Shown here piece by piece: positions 12,521 through 26,800 of a stretch of DNA of 64,000 nucleotides; the stretch's first letter is position 1, and the number at the start of each line of letters is the position of its first letter. A program made the translations under genes and the position numbers. Origin of the DNA: the human T2T-CHM13v2.0 reference genome, Homo sapiens; the NCBI RefSeq assembly GCF_009914755.1, contig NC_060927.1. One strand, 5' to 3'. The notes below the pieces were generated by a model. That model worked only from the letters and a program-made list of their open reading frames with translations, made no database searches and was not told the DNA's origin.

Positions 12521-13554
12521 GAAAGAGGCTGAGTGGTGTCCACAGAACAGGTCATCCTATCCACTCGATTATTAAAATCCTCCTCTGCTGAGGTCACCCA
12601 TTGGTGAGCACTGACATGGGATACAAATATCTTCACAGCTTTTGACCATTCAGAGAGGTCGATCCACATACCTCTTCCCTAAATTTATTTGTCGCCAATT
12701 TTCCAATCATGCTTCTTCCAAGTCACTGACCATCCAGCCAAACCATTGGCTACAGCCCATGAATCAGTATGTCATCAAGCATCTGGCCATTTCTCCTTCC
12801 ATGCGACGTGCACAATCAGGTGCACTGCTTGAAGTTCTGCCCACTGGGAAGATTTCCCTTCATTGCTGTCCTTCAGGAATGTCCTAGAAAAGGGCTGTAA
12901 TGCTGCAGCTGTCCACTTTTGGATGGTGCCTGCATATCGTGCAGAACCATCTGTGAACCAGGCCCTAGCCTTCTCTTCCTCTATCAACCAATCATAGGCC
13001 ACTCCCCATGAGGCTTGCAGTGCAGGCTGGAAGACAGAAGGTAGGGTAGCAGGAGTGGAGACCATGGGCATTTGAGCCACTTTCTCATGTAACTTACTTG
13101 TGCCTTCAGGACCTGCTCGAGATCCATCACGTATATACCACTTCCATTTGATGATGGAATTCTACTGTGCACAACACACTTTATGGCTAGATGGGTCAGA
13201 AGGCACCCAGTTCCTGATGGGCAGTTCAGGTCATGTGGTGACTTGATGACCCATAGTCAAACATTTAGTTTCCACCAAAGCCCAGTAACAGGCCAAGAGC
13301 TGTCTCTCAAAAGGAGAGTAGTTATCTGCAGAAGATGGCAGGGCCTTACTCCAAAATCCTAGAGGCCTCCACTGTGATTTACCTATGGGGGCCTGTGAAA
13401 GGCTCCAAACAGCATCCCTAACTACCACTGATACCTCAAGCACCATTGGATCTGCTGGGTCATGTGGCCCGAGTGACTGAGCAGCTTGCACAGCAGCCTA
13501 GACCTGTTGCAGAGACTTCTCCTGTTCTGGACCACACTCAAAACTGGCAGCCTT
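12521..13554 (-). pseudogene. HERV-L pol tether/RNase H (disrupted)
   Basis: PLGFWSKALP...YSPFERQLLACYWAL; AWFTDGSARY; SSQWAELQAV; VSHVSAH, split across frames. Confidence 0.88.
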
Positions 13555-14304
13555 TCAGGTCATTCGATAAATGGGCCAGAATAACACACCGAGATGAGGA
13601 ATGTGTTGCCTCCAAAATCGAAATAGGCCCACTAGGCATTGTGCCTCTTTCTTGGTCATAGGAGGGGCCAAATGCAGCAGCTTATCCCTCACCTTAGAAG
13701 TAATATCTTGACAAATCCCACACCACTGGACACCTAGAAATTTTTCTGAGGTACAAGTTCCCTGAATTTTAGTCGTATTTATTTCCCATCCTCTGGCACA
13801 CAGATGTCTCACCAATAAGTCTGGTGTGTTTGCTGCTTCTTGCTCACTGGATCCAATCAGCATGTCATCAGTGTAATGGACCAGTGTGATATCTTGCAGA
13901 AGCAAAAACTGATTAAGGTCTCTCTCAATAAGATTATGACACAAAGCCATAGAGTTGATATACTGCTGAGGTAGGACAGTAAAGGTATATTTCTGGCTTT
14001 GCCAGCTGAAGGCAAATTGCTTCTGGTGGGCCTTATGGACAGGAATGGAGAAAAAGGCATTTGCCAAGTCAGTGGCTGCATACCAGGTACCAGGAGTTGT
14101 ATTAGTTTTCTCAAGCAATGAGACCACATCTGGTACAACAGCTGCAATTGGAGTCACCACTTGGTTAAGCTTACGATAATCCACTGTCATTCTCCAAGAT
14201 CCATCTGTCTTCTGCACAGGCCAAATGGGAGAATTGAATGGGGCTGTGGTGGGAATCACCACCCCTGCATCTTTCACGTCCTTGATGGTGGTGCTAATCT
14301 CCAC
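13555..14304 (-). pseudogene. HERV-L reverse transcriptase domain
   Basis: 249-aa ORF with WPVQKTDGSWRMTVDYRKLN, DLANAFFSIP, FTVLPQQY, YTDD, KFLG. Confidence 0.93.
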
Positions 14305-14310
14305 AGTCCC

Positions 14311-14700
14311 TCAAGGGATGCAATATTGTTTTTGATTTACTATTTTTCTAAATAGAGGCAGCTCTAAAGGCTTCCATTCGGCCTTTTCCACCCTAATAGC
14401 CCTCACCCTACCAGTCAGGGAGCAAATGTGGGGATTCTGCCAGCTGCTAAGTGTGTCTATGCCAATTATGCATTCTGGAACTGGGGAAATGACCACAGGA
14501 CCCACTGGACCCACTGTAAGTCACACCTGAGCTAAAACTCCATTAATTACCTGACCTCCATATGCTCCTATTTTAACTGGAGGTCCACAATGACATTTTG
14601 GGTCCACTGGAATCAACATCAGCTCAGAGCCAATGTCCAGTAGTCCCTAAAATGTCTGATCACTTCCCTTTTCCATAGCACAGTTATGCTGGTAAAAGGC
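14311..14700 (-). pseudogene. HERV-L protease (dead)
   Basis: *GLLDIGSELMLIP (catalytic DTG reads DIG, preceded by a stop); ECIIGIDTL flap-distal motif. Confidence 0.8.
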
Positions 14701-14779
14701 CTGAGTTGTCCTTGGGGGAAAATGTGAGAAAGATTAACAGCCTAAATTGTCAGTAGTGTAGTGCAGTCCTTCCTCAAGG

Positions 14780-16530
14780 GGACTTGGCTTCCCTTTCATT
14801 CACTGGTGTCTGGGTCTGTAAACTGGCTTAAGTCTGGAAATTAATTGAGGGGCCGTGATTCTCTGTTTTTATAATTCAAATTAGTCTTTTGTCCATTCGA
14901 CCTAGAAGTTTTCTGCTTACATATATTAAGTAGGAATGCAGTAGGCTGCCTATCAATTTTACTTTTAGGAACACTGTGATTAATTAGCCAATGCCAGAGC
15001 TCTACACAAGTCAGACTATACCAATTGCTAATTGGTCTCTGCTGTCCATTACGGTGGCTACACCCACCTTGCCTTTTACATATGAGTGTCGCCACCTGGC
15101 TCCTGCCACTTTGGTATCCAATTATTGCCATTGTATTTAAATTTTGCAGCTGAGTGACTGTGGATCCCACTGTTAGATCTGACATGCAGAGAAGAGCAAT
15201 TACAGGGCTCTTCAAAGATGCAGGTGGTGCTCTCACAAATCTGTTTCACAAGGCATTGGTCAAGGGTATATCTTCTGGACGCTCCCAGCTGGGATGAGTA
15301 GGTCTGAAGTGACTAATCCACTCCATCATCCCAATCTCCCTAAGCCTTTGGATCCTTTCCTCTTCATTAAACCAAAGGGAGATCAGGCATTTCCAGCTTG
15401 CTTACAGTGAGCCATTTTTAAACCGTATTCCAACTAACCAAACAAATAAACTCTTAGAACCTTTTTTATCTCCCTGAGCTGCAACATTAAATGCAGAGTC
15501 CCTACTTAGTGGGCCCAAATCAATAAATTTAGCCTGATCCAACTCTATGTTCCTTCCACCATTATCCCATGCCCTTAATATACATTCCCATGCCTGTTCT
15601 CCCAATTTCTGCTTATATAAGATAGAAAACTCAAGCAGTTATTTTCAAGTGTAGCACATCTCCTCATGGGTCACACAATCACCCTTGCCCCTAGGGGCCC
15701 ACTGGGACTTTAGTCTAGTTATAGGTCTAGAAGCAAACAGGGGTGTTGGGGGTGGCTCCTGAGGAGAATCAACATTATCTTGCCTGGCAACTGCCTCAGG
15801 GGAGGCCATCACTGTTGCCTCAGGCAGCACAGAGTTTGATCTCCTCAGAAAGGCTGATGGCAGCATGGGTCGGGGAGGGGATGTTGCCACTACTGGGGAT
15901 GGGGAAGCTGTTTATTCTGGCAAAAAATGCTCATCAGAGTTTACAAATTCAGTGTCCCCAGCTTCATCAGGGTCCTCCCACACGTCCCCATTCCAAGTTG
16001 CAGGGTCCCAGGTCCCATTCTTTCCCAATCAATGCCCTCACTTTAACAGTGAACACCTGGCGAGGCTGTGCGTGCACCTTTCCTTGCAGGTCAGCCACTT
16101 GCTTGATAAGAGCTTGTGTCTGTTTTCCACAATTTCAGCTTTTTCTGTACAGGAGGTAAGACTCTCACTCAGGCCAATCTTAGCAGATTTGAGGCTGAGG
16201 ATCTGCTTCTGAAGCCAGGAGTTAGAATTCCTGAGTTCATCATTTTCTTTCATCACTTTGTCCACTGAGCTTAAGAGCAACCAACCAGCTTCATTGTGTT
16301 CCTTGGTTCTCCACATATGGTCAAAGGTATTATGTATAGAGTCAGTAAACTCCTTGCCTCTCATGAGCAGTGAATCAGGAGTGTCAAATGCATTTATTTA
16401 TTTATTATAAATAAATTATTTATTTATAATAAATAAATTATTTATTATGCCAAGGATTATCAGTGTTCTCCATACTATTAGAAGTAGAGTCCTTAGCATT
16501 TTGGGGATGAATCATATTAAGCAGCCAATC
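14780..16530 (-). pseudogene. HERV-L gag (Fv1-related), multiply disrupted
   Basis: Fragments EAGWLLLSSVDKVMKENDEL, QEPPPTPLFASRPITRLKSQ, WECILRAWDNGGRNIELDQAKFIDLG, LWHWLINHSVP. Confidence 0.88.
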
Positions 16531-16576
16531 AAAACCAACAAAATAACTCCATCCTTAATATTCCGTTCCTCTAGAA

Positions 16577-16591
16577 CCACTCCTGGTACCA
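16577..16591 (-). other. Primer-binding site, tRNA-Leu
   Basis: TGGTACCAGGAGTGG, complementary to the 3' end (CCACTCCTGGTACCA) of tRNA-Leu(TAA), 5 nt from the 5' LTR. Confidence 0.88.
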
Positions 16592-16596
16592 AAATC

Positions 16597-16856
16597 TGTA
16601 TTAGCGTTCTCTAGAGGGACAGAACTAATAGGATACAATAGAATAGATAGATGGACAGGGAGATAGATAGATTTTATTAAGTATTAACTCACACTATCAC
16701 AAGGTCCCACAATAGGCTGTCTGCAAGCTAAGGAGCAAGGAAAGCCCATCCTAACTTGGAGTCTGATGTTCAAAGGCAGGAAGCATCTAGCATTGCAGAA
16801 AGAGGTAGTCTGGGACTAGGCCAGTCTAGTCTTTTCACATTTTTCTGCCTGCTTTA
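16597..16856 (-). mobile_element. HERV-L 5' LTR, MLT2A1-type, missing its first ~180 bp
   Basis: Aligns to 10492-10766 only; similarity stops after cacatttttctgcctgcttta. Confidence 0.9.
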
Positions 16857-18239
16857 AAAGTAGGTTTTGTCTGAGCCAAATGATGCTGGTGACGTAAAAT
16901 AAAAAGGAGCACACAATCAGTCCTAAATGTGTCCTGTCTGGATGACTTTATACCCATGGCTTCAGTTCCCACCTTTATGCCAATGTTCCTCACCCTCTTC
17001 CACTTGCATTTATATTGTCAGCTTTTTTTTTTTTCTTTCCAATTAACAGAAAACACAATTCAACTGGGTATTTAAATGATAAAGGAGGCCTATTGACTCA
17101 GTAGTTTAGGACTATGCTCCTGGTAAAAGAATGATCTTTCTCCATTTCTTTAGGATTTATTGGTTCTATGATTGGTTTTCTTAGAGTCAGGTTTGTTCCC
17201 AAACTGGTTTATCTCAAAGTTACACAGCAGTTGCAGTAGTTCTTGCCTTTCTTTCTTTGTTCACACTGTTTAAAAAAAAAAAAAGAACATATCCTTTAAG
17301 GGCTTCGTCCATACAACGAGACCTACTTGTTCAGAAGTCCTCAGGGTCAAAATCTCTACTGGCCAAGGGAAGGTTTTGTACTATTTGGCTTCAACCTGCT
17401 TCCCTAAACCAGTCACTGTGGTGCATTATTAGAGCAATCAGATTCACACCTAGAATGACTGAGTAGGTAATTCTACTCAGTCATACGGCTGCTATGTAAT
17501 ATAGAAATAACAAATTGGATGTTGGGGAGATAACAATGTCCACTATTCCATATTTTCTCCTAATATGTTTCCTGTCTTAGGTTACAAAAGCAGAGACCTT
17601 GAATGAGCATAAGTGAAAACATTTGTTGGATAAAAAAGGACATACAACAATATTGAGGAATGTATTTTTGGAAAGATAGGCTAACATCCCAGAACTTGAA
17701 AATTATCAGCCATGTCTCAGTTCTTTGTATTGCTTCATGTTCTGTCCTTTCAGCTTAACTCTGCATTTCTGTTTTACTCTCCTGCTACTCTCCACGACAG
17801 TTGTCTTGCTCGGTTTATTTGACAGACAGTATATTGTCAAGAAAAAATGATGTAAGGCCCTAGTTTACATGGCCTAACACCTACCATACCCACAGCAATG
17901 CTTAGTCACACTTTCTGTCTCAATCTCAAATTTCTAGTGACTTGCCAATCCAGTTCTATTGAGTGTCCATCCATTTGTTTTTGTGGGGGGCAATGGAATG
18001 TCACTTGATTTATAGCATTTCCTCCTCAAGGGTGAGAAAGGGATAATAGCAGGAGGGAAATGACATATTTATATACTATAGGAACATATACTTTAAATGT
18101 TGGGAAATTGAACCACCTGTTTCTCAAGTTGGAAACCTGATAATAAATTTTTTGTGTTTCTCACTCCTTAAAGTCTCACCTCTTCCTGAGGTAGCATGAT
18201 ATAATAACTACCTGTAAACGGGTGAGATCTCAAGCAATA

Positions 18240-18400
18240 TAAGTGCTTTGTATATAGTATCTCATTTCATTCTGTCAGCACACTTATGTGAAATGCACTA
18301 GTATGTCCATTTTTTAGGAGCCAAATTGAGGCGCAACGCAGTTTAATACCATTGACAGATGGCAAGTGTGATATTGTATCCCAGATCGATCTGATAACAA
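18240..18400 (-). mobile_element. MIR fragment
   Basis: aagtgctttgtatatagtatctcatttcattc...ccattttttaggagccaaattgagg. Confidence 0.5.
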
Positions 18401-18669
18401 AACCCCAACTTTTTGCACTGTTCACAACCATCTGCACATGGGCTTTCAAACCAGGCAGATTTTAGATTGAATTCTCGCTCTGCCACTTCATTTTCTATAA
18501 AAATCAGAGGACAGCAGAGTGCCCTTGAATCGTGCTTAAAATAAATTCAAAAGTAAATAGCTGCGTATTTGGCAAATAGAAGGTTATCAATAAATACTAC
18601 TTTCTGTCCCATCTAATCAATGGAATAATATTTTTGGGAAAAATATGTTGGAATTGAAAGGGCTGTTAA

Positions 18670-18825
18670 ACATCGGTTTAAATTTGGTAGTTGCCATTTA
18701 GTAGCTTTCTGATCATAAGCAGGTTACCTAACATATGACCCCCAATTTTCTCATCTCTAAAAGCAAAGCAATACTAATTTTGCCTACAATGGTTGTGATT
18801 GAATTGGATAATATAAGGAAAGTCT
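18670..18825 (+). mobile_element. MIR fragment
   Basis: gccatttagtagctttctgatcataagcaggttacctaac...caattttctcatctctaaaa core. Confidence 0.6.
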
Positions 18826-19058
18826 TTTTTGCTAGCCTAATTTTATAATGTATTTACTGTACATGATAGTAACAATTTATCATGTATTTACTAAATGGAA
18901 ATACATGATATTTAATTGATTAGACTTGAAATTAAATATTAAATTAATAGACTTGAAAGATGGAAATTTTTAAAAGGTATATACCAAAGGGCCTTTGTAT
19001 TGCTAATTTAAAAAAAAAACCTATTTTATTTTGTTAAAATAAGAATGTATTATGTTTA

Positions 19059-19612
<554 letters not shown>

Positions 19613-21119
19613 CAAAATATATTCTATTTACAAAAATGAATTGGTAACACTTTTAGCCATACAGAAGAGATAACCTATGACTTTGACAATTTATTATATC
19701 ACTGTAGCTTGTACTGTAAAATTAGAGATTTTGTTTTCTTTTGTGTATGAGGGAAGAGCAGAGATTGATCTTAGAAAGTGCATATTTTCGTGTATGCTCA
19801 CAAAAAGTGTAGGACAATTAGATAATGAACTAAAGGTTTATATTGACTTTTACAATTATGGTTTAGTGTTCTCTTATACAAATAGCAACATTAATTAACA
19901 AATATAAAATGAGAGCAACTTTCAAAGTACCATATAACCACATCAAAAAGTTGACTTAGAACTAATTTAAGATACAGATTCAGTGAAAGTAACATACCTT
20001 AGAGAACCCTCTGCTGCCAGCTTCCCAAACTGAAAATTTACATGTTGTGAGTAGAATCTCACTACCTGACATTGTCATATGTCAGGCATATGACACAGCA
20101 TAAATGATGAGGTTAGCAAAGATCATCAAAGTTTAACAAGTTTGCTTTCTATTTACTGATGTCTAAATAAATTTGAAGAAATATGCCTAGCATGTACAGA
20201 ATTGGGAAGAAAATGCTAGTGGTAAAGTTAAATATTCGAAATCTGAAATGTTAGACTTCTATTTGGTAGGTTTCATATGATAAGTTGATGCCTTCTGTAT
20301 ATTTAATTGTATAAGAAAAGAATTTTAACAAATTTAAACTGGCAAGGATAATGTGTCTGAAACCTTAAGACACAAATTGTGATTTTCAGATACCTACATT
20401 TTGTTGAAGTTTTATAAAGCTCGATTAGATGTTATTGTTGCCATGTGGTTTAATTAAATTATATTGGGAAGTGAAACAGACTAAGTAATATCAGTGACAG
20501 TAGTCCAGAGAAATTTCTGAAAATATCGTGTTTACTTTTATAGACAGAATGTCCAAATTTGATATTCATTTATTATATTCATTTCATATGATAGGTATGT
20601 TGATAAAATTCTGACATTAGAATATTTGACTTTAATGTATACCTTTTAATGTTAATATAATATTACACCAATTATTTTAAGAAAACCTAAAACAGGGTAT
20701 AAAATATTAACATTTTTTCCTCCTTAAGTAAAGTGCACATTTTAGAAAGTTAAAAAAAAAAAGTGTATTTCAGCTATAAGGCAGGAAAGGCTCTAGATTA
20801 CCAATCCCAAGGGAAATTAAGAAATATAATGGTGTCTACATCACACACAAAAATATGAGCCCCATAGAATAGGTCCTGGCTTTGTTCAAACTTTCTTCCC
20901 AAACAAACATTAGCTGAAGTTTTCTATCCTAATATTGAATTATATAGATATAGGAATAGACAGATAGAGATATAAATGACTTTTTCTTTCCCTTTTTCTC
21001 CATTCATATTTTTGATATAATTTCTCAGTAAGAAATTTTAATTTGAAAAATCCAAGAAGGTACAACCTATGTAAATTTTTAACTTTTTAACTCTGAAATA
21101 TTTTATATCTGAAAAGCTC

Positions 21120-21242
21120 TTCATTTAGTTAACAAGTATTTATTGAGCACTTCTTATACAACAGATGCTAGCTACCAGGGCTAATGTGGTAAATAAAACC
21201 ATCCAGCTTACCTCTTTCCATTCAGGGAGACAAACAATAAAC
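21120..21242 (-). mobile_element. L2 3' end fragment
   Basis: ttcatttagttaacaagtatttattgagcacttc. Confidence 0.55.
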
Positions 21243-21854
21243 CATGTTTCACAGCTCAAGGACAGATTTACTAGAATTATATAGAATCACAATACAAAAA
21301 GGCAAGAGCAGGCAGAAAAATTCATGGTTCATATTTTTCTACAAAAGGTAACAGTTTTCTAATTGGATTAGATAAACTAAATAATTGTCTTCACTCTTAG
21401 GAGACAAAATAAACACAGCATTTGAAGGCCAATGAAAAAAATTAGACCTACATGACTGTTGTAGTTGGAGAGATCCCTAAGTGGGAACCTCAAGGGACCT
21501 CGGGAACATGTTCTGTTCTGAGTCTTGAGTCGCAGCAGTTAGAAGGTCTTGATAGAATCTTGATGGAACCACTAGCATTACCAACTGGTAATTCCCCAAA
21601 ATACCACCAGAAAAAATACTTTTGATCAAGCAAAGCTAAATTGGTTAGATTTCTACAGTAAAGTTGAACACCACCTTGACAAAATCCTTTTTTATTATTA
21701 AATAGAATCTGTTTATACCTCCAAAAATCTATTTTTATTGACAGTTACGCATTAATCTCCTAATAATTGAACCCATTAAATATAGGGGCTAAGAAAACTG
21801 GTATTGTACAACATTGTGTAAACAAATATAAGTAAATAATTATAGTTTATTGAT

Positions 21855-22040
21855 TTTTTATTTTATTTTAAATTTTTTTTTAGGTTCAGAGGTACAGGTG
21901 CAGGTTTATTATTTAGGTAAGCTCATGACTTGGAGGTCTGGTGTACAGATTATTTTGTCACCCAGGTACTAAGCATAGTACCACAGTTGTTGTCGTTGTT
22001 CTGAACCTCTCTCTCTTCCCACTGTCTTCCCCCTTGACCC
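21855..22040 (-). mobile_element. Short L1PA (old primate) 3' end
   Basis: ggttcagaggtacaggtgcaggttt...gattattttgtcacccaggtactaagcatagtacc after a T-rich tail. Confidence 0.8.
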
Positions 22041-22504
22041 CTTGACAGAATCATAATAGGGCTTTAAAATGGTAAATTGGGGCAGATTGTTCATAGTGTT
22101 AGGACATGGACTGAGCAATTTTGAGATAGGTCTTGTAAAGTGAGGAATGGTTGGCACTGAGAAAAATTTTATGACATAATTCCTTTGAACTGTAGGGCAT
22201 AGTGAGGTGAGGGTCTTGAAGTGAAACTTGATAACTATTTGTTTATGATTCACTCATATCATCCATGTGCAGGTATTGCCTTGAGTAAACAGTGAAGTTA
22301 ATTTGCTTGCTATCAAGCAAAAGGAAAAAAAGTACACTTCATAAAATTACTAGAATTACTGTAGAAATTTAATTTAGCACAGTGACAAGAAAGTAAGTTT
22401 GAGCCCAGAATTATTCAACACATGGATAGGAAAATATACGTGTTCCCGTAATTTTTGACACAGAAATAGGGGATTACTTTGACTTCAGATTTCAGATGAA
22501 ACAA

Positions 22505-23195
22505 ACAGATGATGTAATGTCAGTTGATAATAAGTGCTGTGAAGAAAAACAAAGGAGGCCAGGAGGACAGAGAGTAAGAGGTATTAATTAAGCAGTGTCA
22601 TCAAGAAAGATCTTTCTAGGGAAGTGAATTTTGAGCAGAGATTTGAATGAGGTGATCCTTACGGATATGTCTGAGGGAAGAGAAAATGAAGTGCCAAGGC
22701 CTGAAGTGGCAGTATGTTAGAGGGCGATCAAAGAAGCCAGTAAGCCAGAGGCAGAGCACCTAATGCCTACACTGGGAGATGATGAGGTCAGAGAGCACAG
22801 GGGACAGATTTTGTAGGACCTTGGAGGCCATGGCAGAGCCTTTGGATTTTATTCCAAGTACCATGAGAAGCCATTGTAGGGTTTTTAACTGGTGATTGAT
22901 GTAGTTTATTTTTTTTTAAAGGTCATTGGTTGCTGGGTGAGGCTATGAAGCTCTGGGAGGAGGTATCTGACAGGAGGAAGGCCAGATAGAAGGCCATTGC
23001 AATAGTAATGATGGTTGGTTGGACTCAGGTGGCACTTCTGGGCCGGTGAGTTGCAGTTTGAGAGTAGGGTTGACAGGCTTTGTTGATAAATGTGATCCAA
23101 AATACTAGTGAAAGAGAAGCATCCAGGTTTCTGGACTGAGAAACAGGATAAGTGAATAGTAGTACCATTTACTAAATAGGGGCGACTACTGAAGG
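22505..23195 (-). mobile_element. L2 fragment
   Basis: aagtgctgtgaagaaaaacaaag...tttggattttattccaagtaccatgagaagccattg...accatttactaaatagggg. Confidence 0.75.
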
Positions 23196-23641
23196 ACTAA
23201 ACACTCGCCTTCAGTCATTTTACTTCGATAATATTAAAGAGCCAAAGATTTCTTTAGAAAGAAAATTTACCTCAAAGCTTATTACAATGCAGTAGGTCAG
23301 GAATTGGATCAGGTAGGTCAGGAAACAAACTGAGAGAGATAAGATGATTTAGTATAAATGCCATGAAGAAAATAACAGTGAATAGTGAAATAGAAAATCA
23401 CTAGCTACAATACTTTCAGATGAAGACCTCAAGCAGAAATAAAGCTTGTGCTAATGAGGGGAAAATGCTACAGACCAACCTGACCAATCAGGCAAGGCCT
23501 TGAGATATCTTTCGAATCCTTCAATCCCTTCACTCTTAATCCCTTCACTCTCAATCAGTCAACTTGTGAAAACAAACTCTAATAGCCAAATCTGTTTTTA
23601 ACTGATTTTACTTCTTCCTACTCTCCAAACAGTAGAATGTA

Positions 23642-24385
<744 letters not shown>

Positions 24386-24746
24386 TATGTGCAACTTTTA
24401 ATCTTCTCTTGAAAGAAAGCCATTGTCAACAATCTCTAATACCCAGAGAAGTTTTTAGAACAATAGAGGGGAGAAGAGGATTTTTTATATGAAATGACTG
24501 TTAGTGTAATGGCTTTGAATGAAAATCCATCAAACACCATGAAAAATTTACAAGTGATCTCTTGCATAAAAGCACTTTTATTATTAATATTTTAATGTTT
24601 TAATGAACTAAGAAGTTTCTAGACACAGGAAGATAACTTGGTATATTTTGTGGAAAATGAGCACATAATGAAAATGAGAATTTAAACTATATTTCCAGAT
24701 GTATGTTATAACACTTCTAAAGAAAACCCCCAAATTGTCATATGTA

Positions 24747-25160
<414 letters not shown>

Positions 25161-25610
25161 TATGTTAATTCTGAAATATTTTGATAAGCCAATTCAATTC
25201 ACTTGTGACCTTGAAGTGCCTTCAAATGCCTTATTCTTTAGGTGAACTGGAAAATGAATAAACAGGAGGAAAATGGGTAATAGACTGGATAGAGGTAAAT
25301 TCCTATTAAAATTTTTGATAGCCCCTTACTCTCATTAGGATTCATTATCCTGGCATCATTTAAAGCCTTATGTAATGTTGCTTCAACCTATCATTTCACC
25401 TCTACAAACAGAGAATTTCTTACATGAATCCAATTTTATCCAGTTTCTATGACATATTTAATTTCTAAAGAGAAGCAACTCACTGTTTCACATAAATTCT
25501 TATCCACCTAATACCCTGTTTTTTCCACTGCCCTTCCATTTCTCTCCCTACTGCCTATTGATGTAGGTTCAAACTCCTCCCATATCTTGCAAGGCATATG
25601 TCAACATTAT

Positions 25611-26800
25611 TGACAGAAGACTAACCAAGACACCACAAGAATGTCTTGTAGGTCAGTAAAATTAAGTGTTTTAGACCTGCTGCAGTAAAAAATGAACACC
25701 ATATTGATATTATTAGTAATTAGGAATTGAGAAGTGGCAGTCAGGGGAGGATATTTATAGAGTTTAGGGGTGTTAAAGACAATGTACCAGGTGTATTAGT
25801 CCATTTTCATACTGCTATGAAGAAATACCCAAGACTGGATAATTTATAAAGAAAAAAGAGGTTTAATGGACTCACATGTCCACATGGCTGGGGAGGCCTG
25901 ACAATTATGGCAGAAGGGGAAGCAAACATGTCCTTCTTCACGTGGTGGCAGCAAGGAGAAGTGCCAAGCAAAAGGGGAAAAGCCCCTTATAAAACCATCA
26001 GATTTCATGAGAACTCACTTTCTATCATGAGAACAGCATGGAGGTAACCACCCCCGTAATTCAATTACCTCCCACCAGGTCCCTCCTACATTATGTGTGG
26101 ATTATGAGAACTACAATTCAAGATGAGATTTGGGTGGGGAAACAGCCAAACCATATCACCAGATAATTAATGGTAAGATTTTATTTAGGTTATTGCAATA
26201 GAGAGAACTTACATTAATAAGGAACCTCTCTAAGAAGATGGAAAAAATGTGGAATTTTGATAGAGGTAAATACAGAAAGGCATCAAAAGGAGGTCTTAGC
26301 TGACATACAAAGGCAGGGAGTTCTCTGAATATCTGAAGACAGAATAGTCCTTTGTGGTTAGTTACTTCTCAGAACATAAAAGCATATCTGTGTGGAGGGG
26401 TAAGGTTGGGAGTAGGAGGTAGTTTTCAAAAAACCAAGGGTAGGAGGACAGGGCTCGGATAAAGTTCAACAGTGTCAGGATTCTGGGCTCAGTTGAGTTA
26501 TGATCTTCTAATGTGAAAAAATGGGTGGCTTTGAGCAAACTGTAATAACTTTATAATTGCTAGACAAAGCAAGGTGAGAGTCCTGAATATAACCTTGATG
26601 AGTAAATTATTTTTGATAAACAAGCTTTTTGCAATAATGAGCAAGTTATTTGTCTAGACAAATTGGTTTGCAGGAAATTTCTGATTCAAACAGTAATGTT
26701 AATTTATTGGCTTACAGCTTTACCTTCCTGCAAGAATTTTCTGGAACAAATAGCTAAATCATGTCGACATGATAGAGATGGTCTCGGTTTTGAGTCCTGA
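25611..26800 (-). mobile_element. Older ERV LTR relic(s) hosting the THE1
   Basis: tgttaaagac...taaagttcaaca (25771-26471) has TG...CA ends and sits inside a still older LTR-like stretch; families not assigned. Confidence 0.45.
25792..26158 (-). mobile_element. THE1 solo LTR (THE1C/D)
   Basis: tgtattagtccattttcatactgct...cagccaaaccatatca; TSD ccagg/ccaga. Confidence 0.9.

Larger units (their letters stand above)
10492..16856 (-). mobile_element. HERV-L provirus (LTR-gag-pro-pol-dUTPase-LTR, no env), 5' LTR truncated
   Basis: Two MLT2A LTRs, tRNA-Leu PBS, PPT, and fragmented gag, protease, RT, RNase H, integrase and dUTPase in HERV-L order. Confidence 0.96.

Noticed and set aside
15743-16212. 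Plus-strand ORFs over HERV-L gag
   Set aside because: Antisense shadows of a decayed retroviral frame
23524-23556. Short 12-19-bp direct duplications (also near 43728, 44700, 60838, 62800)
   Set aside because: Ordinary slippage indels expected in any human intron
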